Assembly: GCA_008501735.1 (NCBI GenBank)
Contig: QQUF01000040.1
Location: forward strand, 70,431-134,430
From: Calditrichota bacterium
GTDB taxonomy: Bacteria; CLD3
Reading direction: 5' to 3'
DNA: 64,000 bases
The position numbers were made by a program, and so were the translations under genes. The number at the start of each line of letters is the position of its first letter. The first letter of the stretch is position 1. The notes under the pieces were generated by a model. It was not told the DNA's origin. It was given only the letters and a program-made list of their open reading frames with translations, and did not search any database. Positions 9,568-18,945 of the stretch are shown one piece after another.

Positions 9568-10266
9568 GTGAAGATTTTTTATTTTACAGAAGATGTAGCT
9601 TCACCTGAAGTTAACGAGAAGATTATCCAGTCAAGTTTAAACTTTTTAGGGTTCAGAGATGCAGTAGTTTTTCAGCAAGAAGGAATTAAAATACTTGGTG
9701 CAGATATAAATAATTTGAAAAATTTTCAGACTCTTATAAGTAATATTTTAGCAAAAGCAATTCTTGAAGAGGAGAAAGTTATATTCTGTTTTCATATAGA
9801 TACCGAAGTAAGTTTTGATATTTTTCAGCGTTCTTTGAACGGTGAAATTGATTTACTAGAAAATGGTACTATTTTGAAGAAATATTTAAGAGACTACCAA
9901 GAAATAATTAAGACCCTTTTTAAAGCTGCTATGCAAATTTCTGAAAATTTGAAATCTGATAGTTTTGTAGAAATGTTCCCTTGTCGCGCAATAGAAAGTT
10001 GGTGTGCGGCAAATCAACCTGAACTTATCATTCAGAATAGGCAAGTAAGAAAAGAACTAGCACAAATTATTAACTTACCGTTTTTAGATTACCTTCAAAA
10101 ACTTGATGAAATTGAAAAGTTTAAATTTGGAAAAACTGGAAGACAAGGGAAAGGTTTAGGTACGATGTTGAAACTTGTAAACAACAATTTCCCAACTAAA
10201 GAATTTTACGGAATTGAAAAGTCTTTTCACAGATTTGTGGAAAATTTAAGGTTAGCGATAAATTAG
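9568..10266 (+). CDS. Hypothetical protein, TOPRIM/DUF4276-like partner of the ATPase
   Basis: GTG abuts the ATPase stop; N-term 'FYFTED', 'FHIDTE' (DxD/E), 'PCRAIESW', C-term 'KSFHRFVENL' resemble DUF4276/RloB-type TOPRIM proteins. Confidence 0.6.
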   Translation: MKIFYFTEDVASPEVNEKIIQSSLNFLGFRDAVVFQQEGIKILGADINNLKNFQTLISNILAKAILEEEKVIFCFHIDTEVSFDIFQRSLNGEIDLLENGTILKKYLRDYQEIIKTLFKAAMQISENLKSDSFVEMFPCRAIESWCAANQPELIIQNRQVRKELAQIINLPFLDYLQKLDEIEKFKFGKTGRQGKGLGTMLKLVNNNFPTKEFYGIEKSFHRFVENLRLAIN

Positions 10267-10290
10267 AAAATTAAAATGAAAGATAAATAA

Positions 10291-11748
10291 ATGAAAAGAT
10301 TAGCCGAATTAGCGATTGACACAGCGGTTTTGAATGGAGCTTCTTATGCAGACATTAGAATAATTTACACTAAAAGAGAAAAGTTAGAAGTTACAACCGG
10401 TCACGTTACAGAAATGGATATTTCTGAAAATGTTGGCTTCGGAGTTAGAGTAATTGCAAATGGAGCTTGGGGGTTTGCAAGTTCAAACAATCTTAAAGTT
10501 GAAGAAATTCAAAAGACAGCAAAACTCGCAGTCCAAATTGCAAAAGCAAGTGCAATGCTCAAAAAACAAGATGTAAAACTTGCCAAAGAACCTGTTCACA
10601 ACGAGAGATGGCAAACACCTTACTTGATTGACCCATTTCAAGTTCCGATGCACGAAAAACTGGGTTTAATGCACCAAATTGATGACATTCTCAGAAGAGA
10701 CAGTCAAATTAAACGAACTTCCGTTTCAATGGATTTCTTGATGGAACACCAATGGCTTGCAACTTCAGAAGGAACTTTTATTGACCAAAAATTAATGAGA
10801 AGTGGAGTAGGTTACAGTGCAACAGCAGTCGGAAATAACGATATGCAAATTCGTTCTTACCCAAATTCTTTTAGAGGGCAGTATATGACAATGGGTTATG
10901 AATTGATTCACGGAATTCCACTTGTCGAAAATGCTGAAAGAGTCAGAGAGGAAGCGATTGCACTTTTGACAGCAAAAGAATGCCCTGAAGGCACAAAAGA
11001 TATAATTTTAGACGGAACTCAAATGGCTTTGCAAATCCACGAGTCAGTTGGACACGCAACAGAACTCGACAGAGTTTTGGGAATGGAAGCAAATTACGCA
11101 GGAATGAGTTTTGCGACATTAGAAAAGCTCAACAACTTTCGTTACGGTTCTGACGTTGTGAATTTAGTTTGTGATTCAACGGTTCCAAACGGACTTGCAA
11201 CAATCGGTTACGATGACGACGGAGTTCGTGCAAAACGTTATCATTTGGTGAAAGATGGTGATTTTGTCGGCTACCAATTTAACAGAGAACTTGCTCACAC
11301 AATCGAAGCAGAAGAGTCGAGCGGAAACAATAGAGCTCACGGTTGGAGCAATATTCCGATTGTAAGAATTACAAACCTGAGTTTAATGCCTGGTGAATGG
11401 GAATTTGATGATTTGGTTTCTGACACTGAAGATGGAATTTATATGGAAACCAACAAATGTTGGAGCATTGACCAATGGCGATTAAATTTTGAATTTGGAA
11501 CTGAAATCGGTTGGGAAATTAAAAACGGTAAAAAAGGTGAAATGCTCAAAAATTGCTCTTACCAAAGCATCACACCGAAATTCTGGGGTTCTTGCGACGC
11601 AATTTGTAACGACAATTATTGGACACTTTGGGGAGTAAGTAATTGCGGAAAAGGCCAACCTGGACAAACCGCCGAAATGTCTCACGGTGCTTCTCCAACA
11701 AGATTCAGAAACATAAATGTCGGAATTGGAAATTCAACTTTGAAATGA
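10291..11748 (+). CDS. tldD: TldD family metalloprotease
   Basis: HESVGHATE (HExxGH) motif, 'YDDDG', C-terminal 'CGKGQP' Cys ligand. Confidence 0.95.
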   Translation: MKRLAELAIDTAVLNGASYADIRIIYTKREKLEVTTGHVTEMDISENVGFGVRVIANGAWGFASSNNLKVEEIQKTAKLAVQIAKASAMLKKQDVKLAKEPVHNERWQTPYLIDPFQVPMHEKLGLMHQIDDILRRDSQIKRTSVSMDFLMEHQWLATSEGTFIDQKLMRSGVGYSATAVGNNDMQIRSYPNSFRGQYMTMGYELIHGIPLVENAERVREEAIALLTAKECPEGTKDIILDGTQMALQIHESVGHATELDRVLGMEANYAGMSFATLEKLNNFRYGSDVVNLVCDSTVPNGLATIGYDDDGVRAKRYHLVKDGDFVGYQFNRELAHTIEAEESSGNNRAHGWSNIPIVRITNLSLMPGEWEFDDLVSDTEDGIYMETNKCWSIDQWRLNFEFGTEIGWEIKNGKKGEMLKNCSYQSITPKFWGSCDAICNDNYWTLWGVSNCGKGQPGQTAEMSHGASPTRFRNINVGIGNSTLK

Positions 11749-11836
11749 TTAACGACTAATAGAATTTAAAATTCATCGGATGGACTGAAAGTTATTTGAT
11801 GAAAAAATTACATTGTATTTGTTAGCAAAAATTTTG

Positions 11837-11871
11837 GTTTAGTGGTAGTTTTTTAAAAACTACCACTAAAC
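11837..11871. terminator. Perfect 17-bp-arm inverted repeat between convergent genes
   Basis: GTTTAGTGGTAGTTTTT-T-AAAAACTACCACTAAAC. Confidence 0.65.
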
Positions 11872-11882
11872 TTCAAAAATTT

Positions 11883-12140
11883 TTAACTCTTAATTTTCAA
11901 TTCTTCAATAGAAGAGCCGTTTTTTAATTTATTGTAAGCCATAACAAGTTCGCGATTGTCAAAATCTGAAAGTCTTAAACCTTCTTTTCCGTAACCTTCG
12001 AGTAATTTTTCAAAAAATATTCCGTCTTCGTATTTTGTGAGTTGGTAGCGATTCCGAAGCCGAAGTTTGTATTCTTTCAATTTGTCTAAAAGTTCACCTT
12101 GTCGTTCGATTTTAACTCTTGTCGGATTTAACTCAGACAC
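11883..12140 (-). CDS. Small hypothetical protein (85 aa) translationally coupled to nfnB
   Basis: AGGAGG followed by GTG at 12140 overlapping the TGA of the upstream gene. Confidence 0.6.
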   Translation of the reverse strand: MSELNPTRVKIERQGELLDKLKEYKLRLRNRYQLTKYEDGIFFEKLLEGYGKEGLRLSDFDNRELVMAYNKLKNGSSIEELKIKS

Positions 12141-13599
12141 TTTCGACCTCCTTAGCAAAGTAAGTGTGTTTCGCAGTTTTCTCTGTCAAGTAATGGTGAA
12201 TTGAACGAGCGGCAATTTTTGCTTGTCCCATTGCAGTAATCACTTTTGCTCCGCCTGTGATAATGTCACCTCCTGCAAAAACGCCTTTTTTTGAAGTTTC
12301 CAAAGTTTCTTCGTTCACCAAAACGACGCCCCATTTGTTTGTAACAATTTCCGGTGTTGAGTCAGGAATTAGAGGGTTTACGTTACAACCAAGCGAGAAA
12401 ATCACTGTATCAACTTCGTCAACAAATTGTTTGCCTGTTGGAGTTGGTCTTCTTCTACCTGAGTCGTCAGGTTCGCCAAGTTTCATTTCGTCACAAACGA
12501 TTTTTTTAACAAAATAATCTTCGTCCCCAACAAATTCTACAGGGTTTGACAAAAATTTAAAATTGATAAATTCTTCCATTGCGTGGCGAAGTTCTTCAGT
12601 TCTCGCTGGAGCTTCTTCTTTTGAGCGTCTGTAGTAAACTGTAACTTCTGCTCCAAGACGTTTTGCAGTTCTTGCAACGTCCATTGCAGTGTTTCCTGCT
12701 CCGATTACTCCGACTTTTTTGCCTTGGTTCAAAGGAGTTACGTTGTCTGGAAATCTGTCTGCTCCCATCAAATAAATTCTTGTCAAATACTCGTTTGCCG
12801 AATAAATTCCGTTTAAATTTTCACCTTTAATATTGAGCATTTTCGGTAAACCCGCTCCTGTTCCAATGAAAATTGCATCGAATCCAAATTCTTTACTGAG
12901 CATTTCATCTAAAGTCATTGATTTTCCAATGATTGTGTTGAATTCAAAATTTACTCCCATTTCTTCAAGAGCTTTTACATCTTCATCAATGATGTCAAGT
13001 GGAAGTCTGAATCTTGGAATTCCGTAAACCAAAACTCCACCTGCTCTGTGGAATGCTTCGTAAACTGTAACTTCGTGTCCACGTTTTCGGAGTTCGTAAG
13101 CTGCAGTAAGCCCTGCAGGTCCACTTCCGACAACTGCGACACTAAAACCTGTTGGAGCTTCGATTTCAGGTGTAACTCTAAGTCCGTGTTCTCTTTCGTA
13201 GTCAGCAACAAAACGTTCAAGATTCCCGATTGAAAGCGGTTTATTTTTCTTTCCAACGATGCAAGTAAGTTCGCATTGTTGGTCTTGTGGACAAACTCTT
13301 CCGCAAATTGCAGGCAAAAAATTTGTCTCACGAATTTTTGCAATCGCTCCCGCAAAATCGCCGTCTTCAACTTTTTTAAGAAATGCAGGAATGTCAATTC
13401 CAACGGGACAACCAACCATACATTTTGGGTCTTTGCAATCCAAACAACGAAGTGCTTCGATTTCCGCAAGGTCTTCTGAAAAACCAAGTGGAACTTCTCC
13501 GAATCCAAGAACTCTTTCTTCTGCCGTTCTTTCGGGCATCTCAGTTCTTTGGATTTTCATTTTTTCTTTTGGTTTTAATTTTGGCTTTTGGTCTTTCAT
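12133..13599 (-). CDS. nfnB: NfnB/SudA-type flavo-iron-sulfur large subunit (GltD homolog)
   Basis: CLDC-x4-C-x3-CP and CGRVCPQ-x3-CE-x2-C clusters; GSGPAG and GAGNTA dinucleotide motifs; overlaps the nfnA stop. Confidence 0.85.
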   Translation of the reverse strand: MKDQKPKLKPKEKMKIQRTEMPERTAEERVLGFGEVPLGFSEDLAEIEALRCLDCKDPKCMVGCPVGIDIPAFLKKVEDGDFAGAIAKIRETNFLPAICGRVCPQDQQCELTCIVGKKNKPLSIGNLERFVADYEREHGLRVTPEIEAPTGFSVAVVGSGPAGLTAAYELRKRGHEVTVYEAFHRAGGVLVYGIPRFRLPLDIIDEDVKALEEMGVNFEFNTIIGKSMTLDEMLSKEFGFDAIFIGTGAGLPKMLNIKGENLNGIYSANEYLTRIYLMGADRFPDNVTPLNQGKKVGVIGAGNTAMDVARTAKRLGAEVTVYYRRSKEEAPARTEELRHAMEEFINFKFLSNPVEFVGDEDYFVKKIVCDEMKLGEPDDSGRRRPTPTGKQFVDEVDTVIFSLGCNVNPLIPDSTPEIVTNKWGVVLVNEETLETSKKGVFAGGDIITGGAKVITAMGQAKIAARSIHHYLTEKTAKHTYFAKEVESV

Positions 13600-14435
13600 A
13601 CTAACACCTCGTTAAGTTGCTCAAGAGCAATTTTTTCTTGAACTTGAAACATTTTTTGTCTTGCTTGTAATTCTTCAAAATTAACTTCGTGTCCGTTAAA
13701 ATCTGGACCGTGGAAACAAGCGAATTGAGTTTTTCCGCCAACAGTGCAACGACAAGCTCCACACATTCCTGTTCCGTCAACCATAATTGCATTGAGCGAA
13801 ACCCAAGTTTGAATTCCGTTAGGTCTTGTCATTTCGGAAACTGCTTTCATCATCGGAACAGGTCCGACAGCCAAAACGTAAGAAACTTTTTCTCTTTCAA
13901 TGACTTTCGCCAAACCGTGAGTTACAAAACCTTCGATTCCCATTGAACCGTCGTTTGTTGTGGGAATTACTTCGTCACAAACTTCATTCATTTCATCTTG
14001 AAGCAAAAGTAAATCTTTGTTTCTTGCACCGACAATTCCGATGACTTTGTTTCCGAGAGCTTTCAAATCTCTTGCAGTTGGAATAATTGCTCCGGTTCCA
14101 TAACCGCCTCCAATCAAAACAGCTGTTCCGTCAAGTTCTTCAACATGAGAACGTTTACCAAGAGGTCCAACGATGTCTTGGAAACAATCACCAACTTTGA
14201 GCATTATTGCTTCAGCAGAAGTTCTTCCCGCTGCCATAATAATTATGCGAATTGAACCCTCATTTCGATTCCAACCTGAAATTGAAATAGGGATTCTTTC
14301 GCCATTTGCTGAAACTCGTAAAATTATAAATTGACCGCCTTGAATAGCTCTTGCTACTGTGGGTGCAAAAATGTTAAACATAATTGTTTTCGGGGCAAGT
14401 TCTTCACGAGTAAGAATTTCAAATAATTTGGGCAT
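13596..14435 (-). CDS. nfnA: NfnA/SudB-type FNR-like small subunit with [2Fe-2S]
   Basis: 'GERIPISI', 'GGGYG', 'VGPVPMM', 'MVDGTGMCGACR...C..GPDF'. Confidence 0.9.
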   Translation of the reverse strand: MPKLFEILTREELAPKTIMFNIFAPTVARAIQGGQFIILRVSANGERIPISISGWNRNEGSIRIIIMAAGRTSAEAIMLKVGDCFQDIVGPLGKRSHVEELDGTAVLIGGGYGTGAIIPTARDLKALGNKVIGIVGARNKDLLLLQDEMNEVCDEVIPTTNDGSMGIEGFVTHGLAKVIEREKVSYVLAVGPVPMMKAVSEMTRPNGIQTWVSLNAIMVDGTGMCGACRCTVGGKTQFACFHGPDFNGHEVNFEELQARQKMFQVQEKIALEQLNEVLV

Positions 14436-14585
14436 TTTCGTCTCCGTTTGAATTTAATTTTCAAAACACAGACTTTACAAAAGACATACCGAAAAAAATA
14501 GGTCTTTCAAGGCTTTACGAAAGGAGTCACAAATCTAAAAAAAGGATTTTTGAGAATTGTATTGCAAAACTAAGAGGAAGTGAAA

Positions 14586-15848
14586 TTATTTAATTAGGAA
14601 AAGGCTTAACTCAGGAATGTAAGTTATTAAAAGTAAAGCAACTAAAAGCAGTAGGATAAAAGGAATCGAAGCTGAGTAAAGGCTGAGAATTGGCTTTTTA
14701 AACCTGAAACTTGAAATGAAAAGATTGAGCCCAACAGGTGGAGTTAAGTAACCTATTTCGAGATTTGTCAGAAAAATAATTCCAAGATGCACGGGGTCAA
14801 TTCCAAATTCATTTGCAATCGGAACAATCAAAGGCACAACAACAACAATTGCCGAAAAAATATCCATCAGAGCACCAACAAGCAAAAGAAAAACATTCAG
14901 CAGAAGTAAAAATGCCCATTTGTTTGTAATGAATTCACGAATCAAGTCAAGCATTTGCATTGGAATTTGTTCGTCAATTAAGAAATTTGTTAAACCTAAA
15001 GCACAGCCTAAAATTATTATAATTCCGCCAACTAAAGTCATACTTTCCTGCATAATTCTTGGAACGTCTTTGGTCAGGCTTAGGTCTTTGTAAATAAAAA
15101 CTTCGACGACAAAAATGTAAAAAGCAGTAACTGCCGCAGCTTCTGTTGCTGTAAAGAATCCACCGTAAATTCCAATCAAAACAATGAAAGGCAAAGGAAT
15201 TTCCCAAGCTACTTCTTTTGCCGTCCTAAGAACTTCTGACATCGAAAATTCTGTTTTCTCAACTTCACCAAAATTTGCGTTTTTTACACTGTAAGCACCA
15301 AGAACAGCAATTAAAACAAAGCCCGGAACTATTCCAGCAACAAACAAATCGTCAATGCTAACTTGAGCGACAAGTCCGTAAAGAATTATCGGTAAACTCG
15401 GCGGAAAAAGTAAACCTAAACTTCCAGAAGCAGTGAGAAGTCCAAGTGTGAATTTTTCGCTATATTTTTCTTTTAACAAAATCGGGTAAAGAAGTCCGCC
15501 AAGAGCAATAATTGTTACTCCCGAAGCTCCTGTGAAAGCGGTAAAAAATGCACAAGAAACAAGTGAAACAATCGCAATTCCTCCAGGAATCCAACCGATT
15601 GTCGCACGAGCAAAATTCACAAGTCTTTTCGGCGAATTCGATTCCGCCATTAAATAACCTGCGAAAGTGAAAAGTGGAATTGCGAGTAAAGTTGGGATTG
15701 AGGAGATTCGGTAAAACTCTATGAAAATTCCCCAAGTTTCTAGGTCAAAAGTGTTGTAACAAAGTAAGGCAGCTGCTCCAAGAACGATAAAAAGAGGAGT
15801 TCCAAGTAGTGCAAGAATTACAATTAATATCGCAAAAACAAAAGTCAT
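14586..15848 (-). CDS. dctM: TRAP transporter large permease
   Basis: 'LAIPLFTFAG', 'GSLGLLFPPS', 'GYLTPPVGLNLF'; highly hydrophobic. Confidence 0.95.
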   Translation of the reverse strand: MTFVFAILIVILALLGTPLFIVLGAAALLCYNTFDLETWGIFIEFYRISSIPTLLAIPLFTFAGYLMAESNSPKRLVNFARATIGWIPGGIAIVSLVSCAFFTAFTGASGVTIIALGGLLYPILLKEKYSEKFTLGLLTASGSLGLLFPPSLPIILYGLVAQVSIDDLFVAGIVPGFVLIAVLGAYSVKNANFGEVEKTEFSMSEVLRTAKEVAWEIPLPFIVLIGIYGGFFTATEAAAVTAFYIFVVEVFIYKDLSLTKDVPRIMQESMTLVGGIIIILGCALGLTNFLIDEQIPMQMLDLIREFITNKWAFLLLLNVFLLLVGALMDIFSAIVVVVPLIVPIANEFGIDPVHLGIIFLTNLEIGYLTPPVGLNLFISSFRFKKPILSLYSASIPFILLLLVALLLITYIPELSLFLIK

Positions 15849-16384
15849 TCAGTAACCTCAAGCTCTTCTTCTTGTGTAAAGAATGTGATTCCAGCTTCAA
15901 TACCGTTTATCAAAAACCTTGCTGAAATTATTACAAACGCAACTGGTAAAATTGAAGCAAAAACCCAAGTGTGCACTTCTTCAAAATTCACAAATCCAAG
16001 TGAGATTTCTTGAAAGAGCACAGAACCAAATTCTTTCTCATCAAGAATAAAAGTATAAGCGGCTTGAGAAAGCAAGTAAGCGATGTAAACTGAAAAAAAG
16101 TTGGTAATGACTTTTGAAAGCATTTTGTATTTGAAAGGCAAAAATCTTGAAGCCGCGTCAATTGCAATATTTTTATCACTTTTGACGGAAAGAGAAGCAC
16201 CAATTAGCCCAACCCACAAAACCATTTGACGCAAAAAAATGTCTGCCCAGTCGATTCCTGTTCCCGCAAAGTTTCGCAAACAAACCTGCGTGAAAGAAAG
16301 CAAAACCATCGAAGTAAGCACCAGAACCAACAACCAACCTTCAAATTTTGCAACAATGGAATTAAGTTTTTGAATAAATTTCAT
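15845..16384 (-). CDS. dctQ: TRAP transporter small permease
   Basis: Four TM helices, 'LWVGLIGASL...NIAID'; overlaps dctM start. Confidence 0.9.
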   Translation of the reverse strand: MKFIQKLNSIVAKFEGWLLVLVLTSMVLLSFTQVCLRNFAGTGIDWADIFLRQMVLWVGLIGASLSVKSDKNIAIDAASRFLPFKYKMLSKVITNFFSVYIAYLLSQAAYTFILDEKEFGSVLFQEISLGFVNFEEVHTWVFASILPVAFVIISARFLINGIEAGITFFTQEEELEVTE

Positions 16385-16590
16385 TACGACTTCTCTTAGT
16401 GAAAAATTGAACTCGGAATTTAGTTAAGGAGGTTTTTAATAGCAATTTGAAAATAAAAGAATGAAAATACGTCAAAAGCAACGTGCGTCGTTTTTGACGT
16501 GCGTTAATTCTGACGGATTAAAACAAAAATGTTGAAAAAGGCTAATCATTAAGCTATAATTTTGAAATTTTAAAAAATTAGAGATAAAAA

Positions 16591-17934
16591 ATGAACCCTG
16601 TTGAAATAATTGTAAAAAAACGTGATGGCAAAAAATTAACAAAAGAAGAAATTAGTTTTCTCATAAAATCTTACGTTGACGGCTCGCTTGCGGATTACCA
16701 AATGTCAGCTTTTGCGATGGCAGTTTACTTTAACGGATTGACTGATGAAGAAACTTCAATTTTGACTTTTGAGATGATTAATTCGGGCGAAACAATCGAC
16801 CTTTCGCAAATTTCAGGTTTAAAAATTGACAAACACAGTACCGGAGGAGTTGGCGACAAAACTTCGATGATTCTCGCACCGCTTGTCGCAAGTTTTGGAA
16901 TTCCTGTTCCAATGATGTCAGGAAGAGGACTTGGTCACACAGGCGGAACTTTGGACAAACTTGAATCCATTCCAGGGTTTCGTGTTGATTTGGAAGTTAA
17001 TGAGTTTAAAAAAATCCTGAGTGAAGTCGGTTTTGCGATGATGGGACAAACAAAAGACATTTGTCCCGCAGACAAAAAACTCTACTCACTTCGAGACGTT
17101 ACGGGAACTGTTGCTTCGATTCCTTTAATTTGTGCAAGTATTATGGGCAAAAAAATTGCGGAAGGAATTGACGGGCTTGTGCTTGACGTGAAAACAGGAA
17201 GCGGAGCTTTCATTCCTGAAAAATCAGAAACAATCAAACTTGCTCAAGGTTTAGTCAGAATCGGCGAACTTGCTGGTAAAAAAACAATTGCACTATTGAC
17301 AGATATGAGTCAGCCACTCGGAAATTACGTCGGGAATTGGCTTGAAATTAAAGAGTGCATCGAAATTCTACAAGATGGGAAAGGTGCAAAAGATTTGGTA
17401 GATTTGACTTTGGCACTTTCAGGAGCAATGCTTTTACTTGGTAAGAAAACTGATTCGATTTCAGAAGGAATTGAACTTTGCCGAAAAAAACTTGAGTCAG
17501 GTGAGCCTTTTGAACTTTTCAAAAAATCTGTTGTTGCTCAAGGTGGAGATTTGAGTGTAATTGAAAAGCCTGATTCTTACCCAAAATCTAAATTTGAATT
17601 TGATTTCGTAGCAGAGAAAGACGGTTTCATTTCTGAATTCAACAACTACGAAATCGGAATGACTGCTGTAAACCTTGGAGCAGGAAGAATGAAAGTTACT
17701 GACAAAATTGAGCCAAAAGCTGGAATGATTTTTCAAAAACGAGTCGGCAGCAAAGTTAAAAAAGGTGAGGGCATAGCAAAAGTTTTTACTGAGTTAGAGA
17801 ATTCGATTGAGCCTGCAAAATTAAGACTTGCAAATTCAGTAGTGATTTCTGAAAAACAGTCTCAAAAAAGCGACCTGATTCAAAATCTAATCGATTCTGA
17901 AGGCATTCACGAGTGGAATGATTTTTGTAAGTAA
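16591..17934 (+). CDS. pdp: Pyrimidine-nucleoside/thymidine phosphorylase
   Basis: 'DKHSTGGVGDK', 'SGRGLGHTGGTLDKLESIPG', 'LRDVTGTV'. Confidence 0.97.
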   Translation: MNPVEIIVKKRDGKKLTKEEISFLIKSYVDGSLADYQMSAFAMAVYFNGLTDEETSILTFEMINSGETIDLSQISGLKIDKHSTGGVGDKTSMILAPLVASFGIPVPMMSGRGLGHTGGTLDKLESIPGFRVDLEVNEFKKILSEVGFAMMGQTKDICPADKKLYSLRDVTGTVASIPLICASIMGKKIAEGIDGLVLDVKTGSGAFIPEKSETIKLAQGLVRIGELAGKKTIALLTDMSQPLGNYVGNWLEIKECIEILQDGKGAKDLVDLTLALSGAMLLLGKKTDSISEGIELCRKKLESGEPFELFKKSVVAQGGDLSVIEKPDSYPKSKFEFDFVAEKDGFISEFNNYEIGMTAVNLGAGRMKVTDKIEPKAGMIFQKRVGSKVKKGEGIAKVFTELENSIEPAKLRLANSVVISEKQSQKSDLIQNLIDSEGIHEWNDFCK

Positions 17935-18014
17935 AATTAGCTTTTGTAAAATTAGTAAAAAGTTTGTTTTTCAAATACTCAAAACTATTTTAAAAAATAT
18001 CATAGGAGAACTAA

Positions 18015-18869
18015 ATGTCTAATAAATCAAATCTTCAAAATCGAAGAGAAGCCTTAAAAAGAATGGGACTTGCTGTCGCAGGAATTGCAGCAGCACCAGT
18101 TGTTACAAAGCTAACAGGAACTGATGAATTTTTCAGTTTCAGTGCTTTTGCAGGACCAAAAACAAAATACAAAGGTAAAGCTGGTTTTAAAGGCGTCACT
18201 TTAAGTGGAAGAATTACATTTTCTGGAACTGTGCCAAAACCAATTATGAAAGATATTACAGCAGATTTTGATGTTGCAGGAAAAGCACCAAGAGTTTGGG
18301 AAGCACTTAACGTTGGGACAGGAAATGGTGTTAAAGACCTTGTAGTTTTCATTGAAGAAGCGAAAACAGGAAAGAAATTTTCAGGAAAAGAAACAATTCT
18401 TGACCACAAAGGTGCAGTTATGATTCCAAGAGTTGATGTGATTGAACTTGCAAAAGTTTCTGGTGGGAAAATGATGGTTTACAACAATGACCCAGTTTTA
18501 CACCAGGTTAGAGCAGTGAATGAGAAAGGTAAACAAATCAAAAACTTGGCACTCCCAACAAAGGGAATGAAACTCCCTTTCAAAACTAAAAAGCCAGGAA
18601 CTTTGGAATGCACTTGCGACCCACATCCTTGGGAACGTTCATTCAGACTTGCTGCACAAAACCCTTACTATGCAATTACAAGTGAAGATGGAAGTTTTGA
18701 AATTTATGACTTAGCTGACGGAACTTATACTCTCAAAGTTTGGGGAGAAGGAATTAAAGAAGCAAGTGGAAAAGTTGTCAAACAAATCACAGTTGCAGGT
18801 GGAGCAGTAACGGCTAATCTTGAACTTACAAAGGCAGACTTAACTGATGCATTACAAAAGAATGCTTAA
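18015..18869 (+). CDS. Tat-exported cupredoxin-like / carboxypeptidase-regulatory-like domain protein
   Basis: Twin-arginine signal 'NRREALK'; 'NNDPVLH' and 'CDPHPWE'; C-term 'DGSFEI...GTYTLKVW'. Confidence 0.7.
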   Translation: MSNKSNLQNRREALKRMGLAVAGIAAAPVVTKLTGTDEFFSFSAFAGPKTKYKGKAGFKGVTLSGRITFSGTVPKPIMKDITADFDVAGKAPRVWEALNVGTGNGVKDLVVFIEEAKTGKKFSGKETILDHKGAVMIPRVDVIELAKVSGGKMMVYNNDPVLHQVRAVNEKGKQIKNLALPTKGMKLPFKTKKPGTLECTCDPHPWERSFRLAAQNPYYAITSEDGSFEIYDLADGTYTLKVWGEGIKEASGKVVKQITVAGGAVTANLELTKADLTDALQKNA

Positions 18870-18889
18870 ATAATTTTCTTTCTGAAAAC

Positions 18890-18925
18890 AAAAAAGCCAC
18901 ACTAAATATTTAGTGTGGCTTTTTT
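18890..18925. terminator. Bidirectional intrinsic terminator
   Basis: AAAAAAGCCACACTAAAT/ATTTAGTGTGGCTTTTTT palindrome between convergent genes. Confidence 0.85.
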
Positions 18926-18945
18926 TATCTAAAAAAAATTTCAGA

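Noticed and set aside
8230..10266. Naming the pair Gabija, PARIS, Septu or a transporter ATPase
   Set aside because: No UvrD helicase, HNH partner or permease; motifs support only a generic ABC ATPase + TOPRIM-like call without an HMM search
12133..13599. Glutamate synthase small subunit (gltD)
   Set aside because: No gltB adjacent; direct coupling to an NfnA/SudB homolog favours NfnAB
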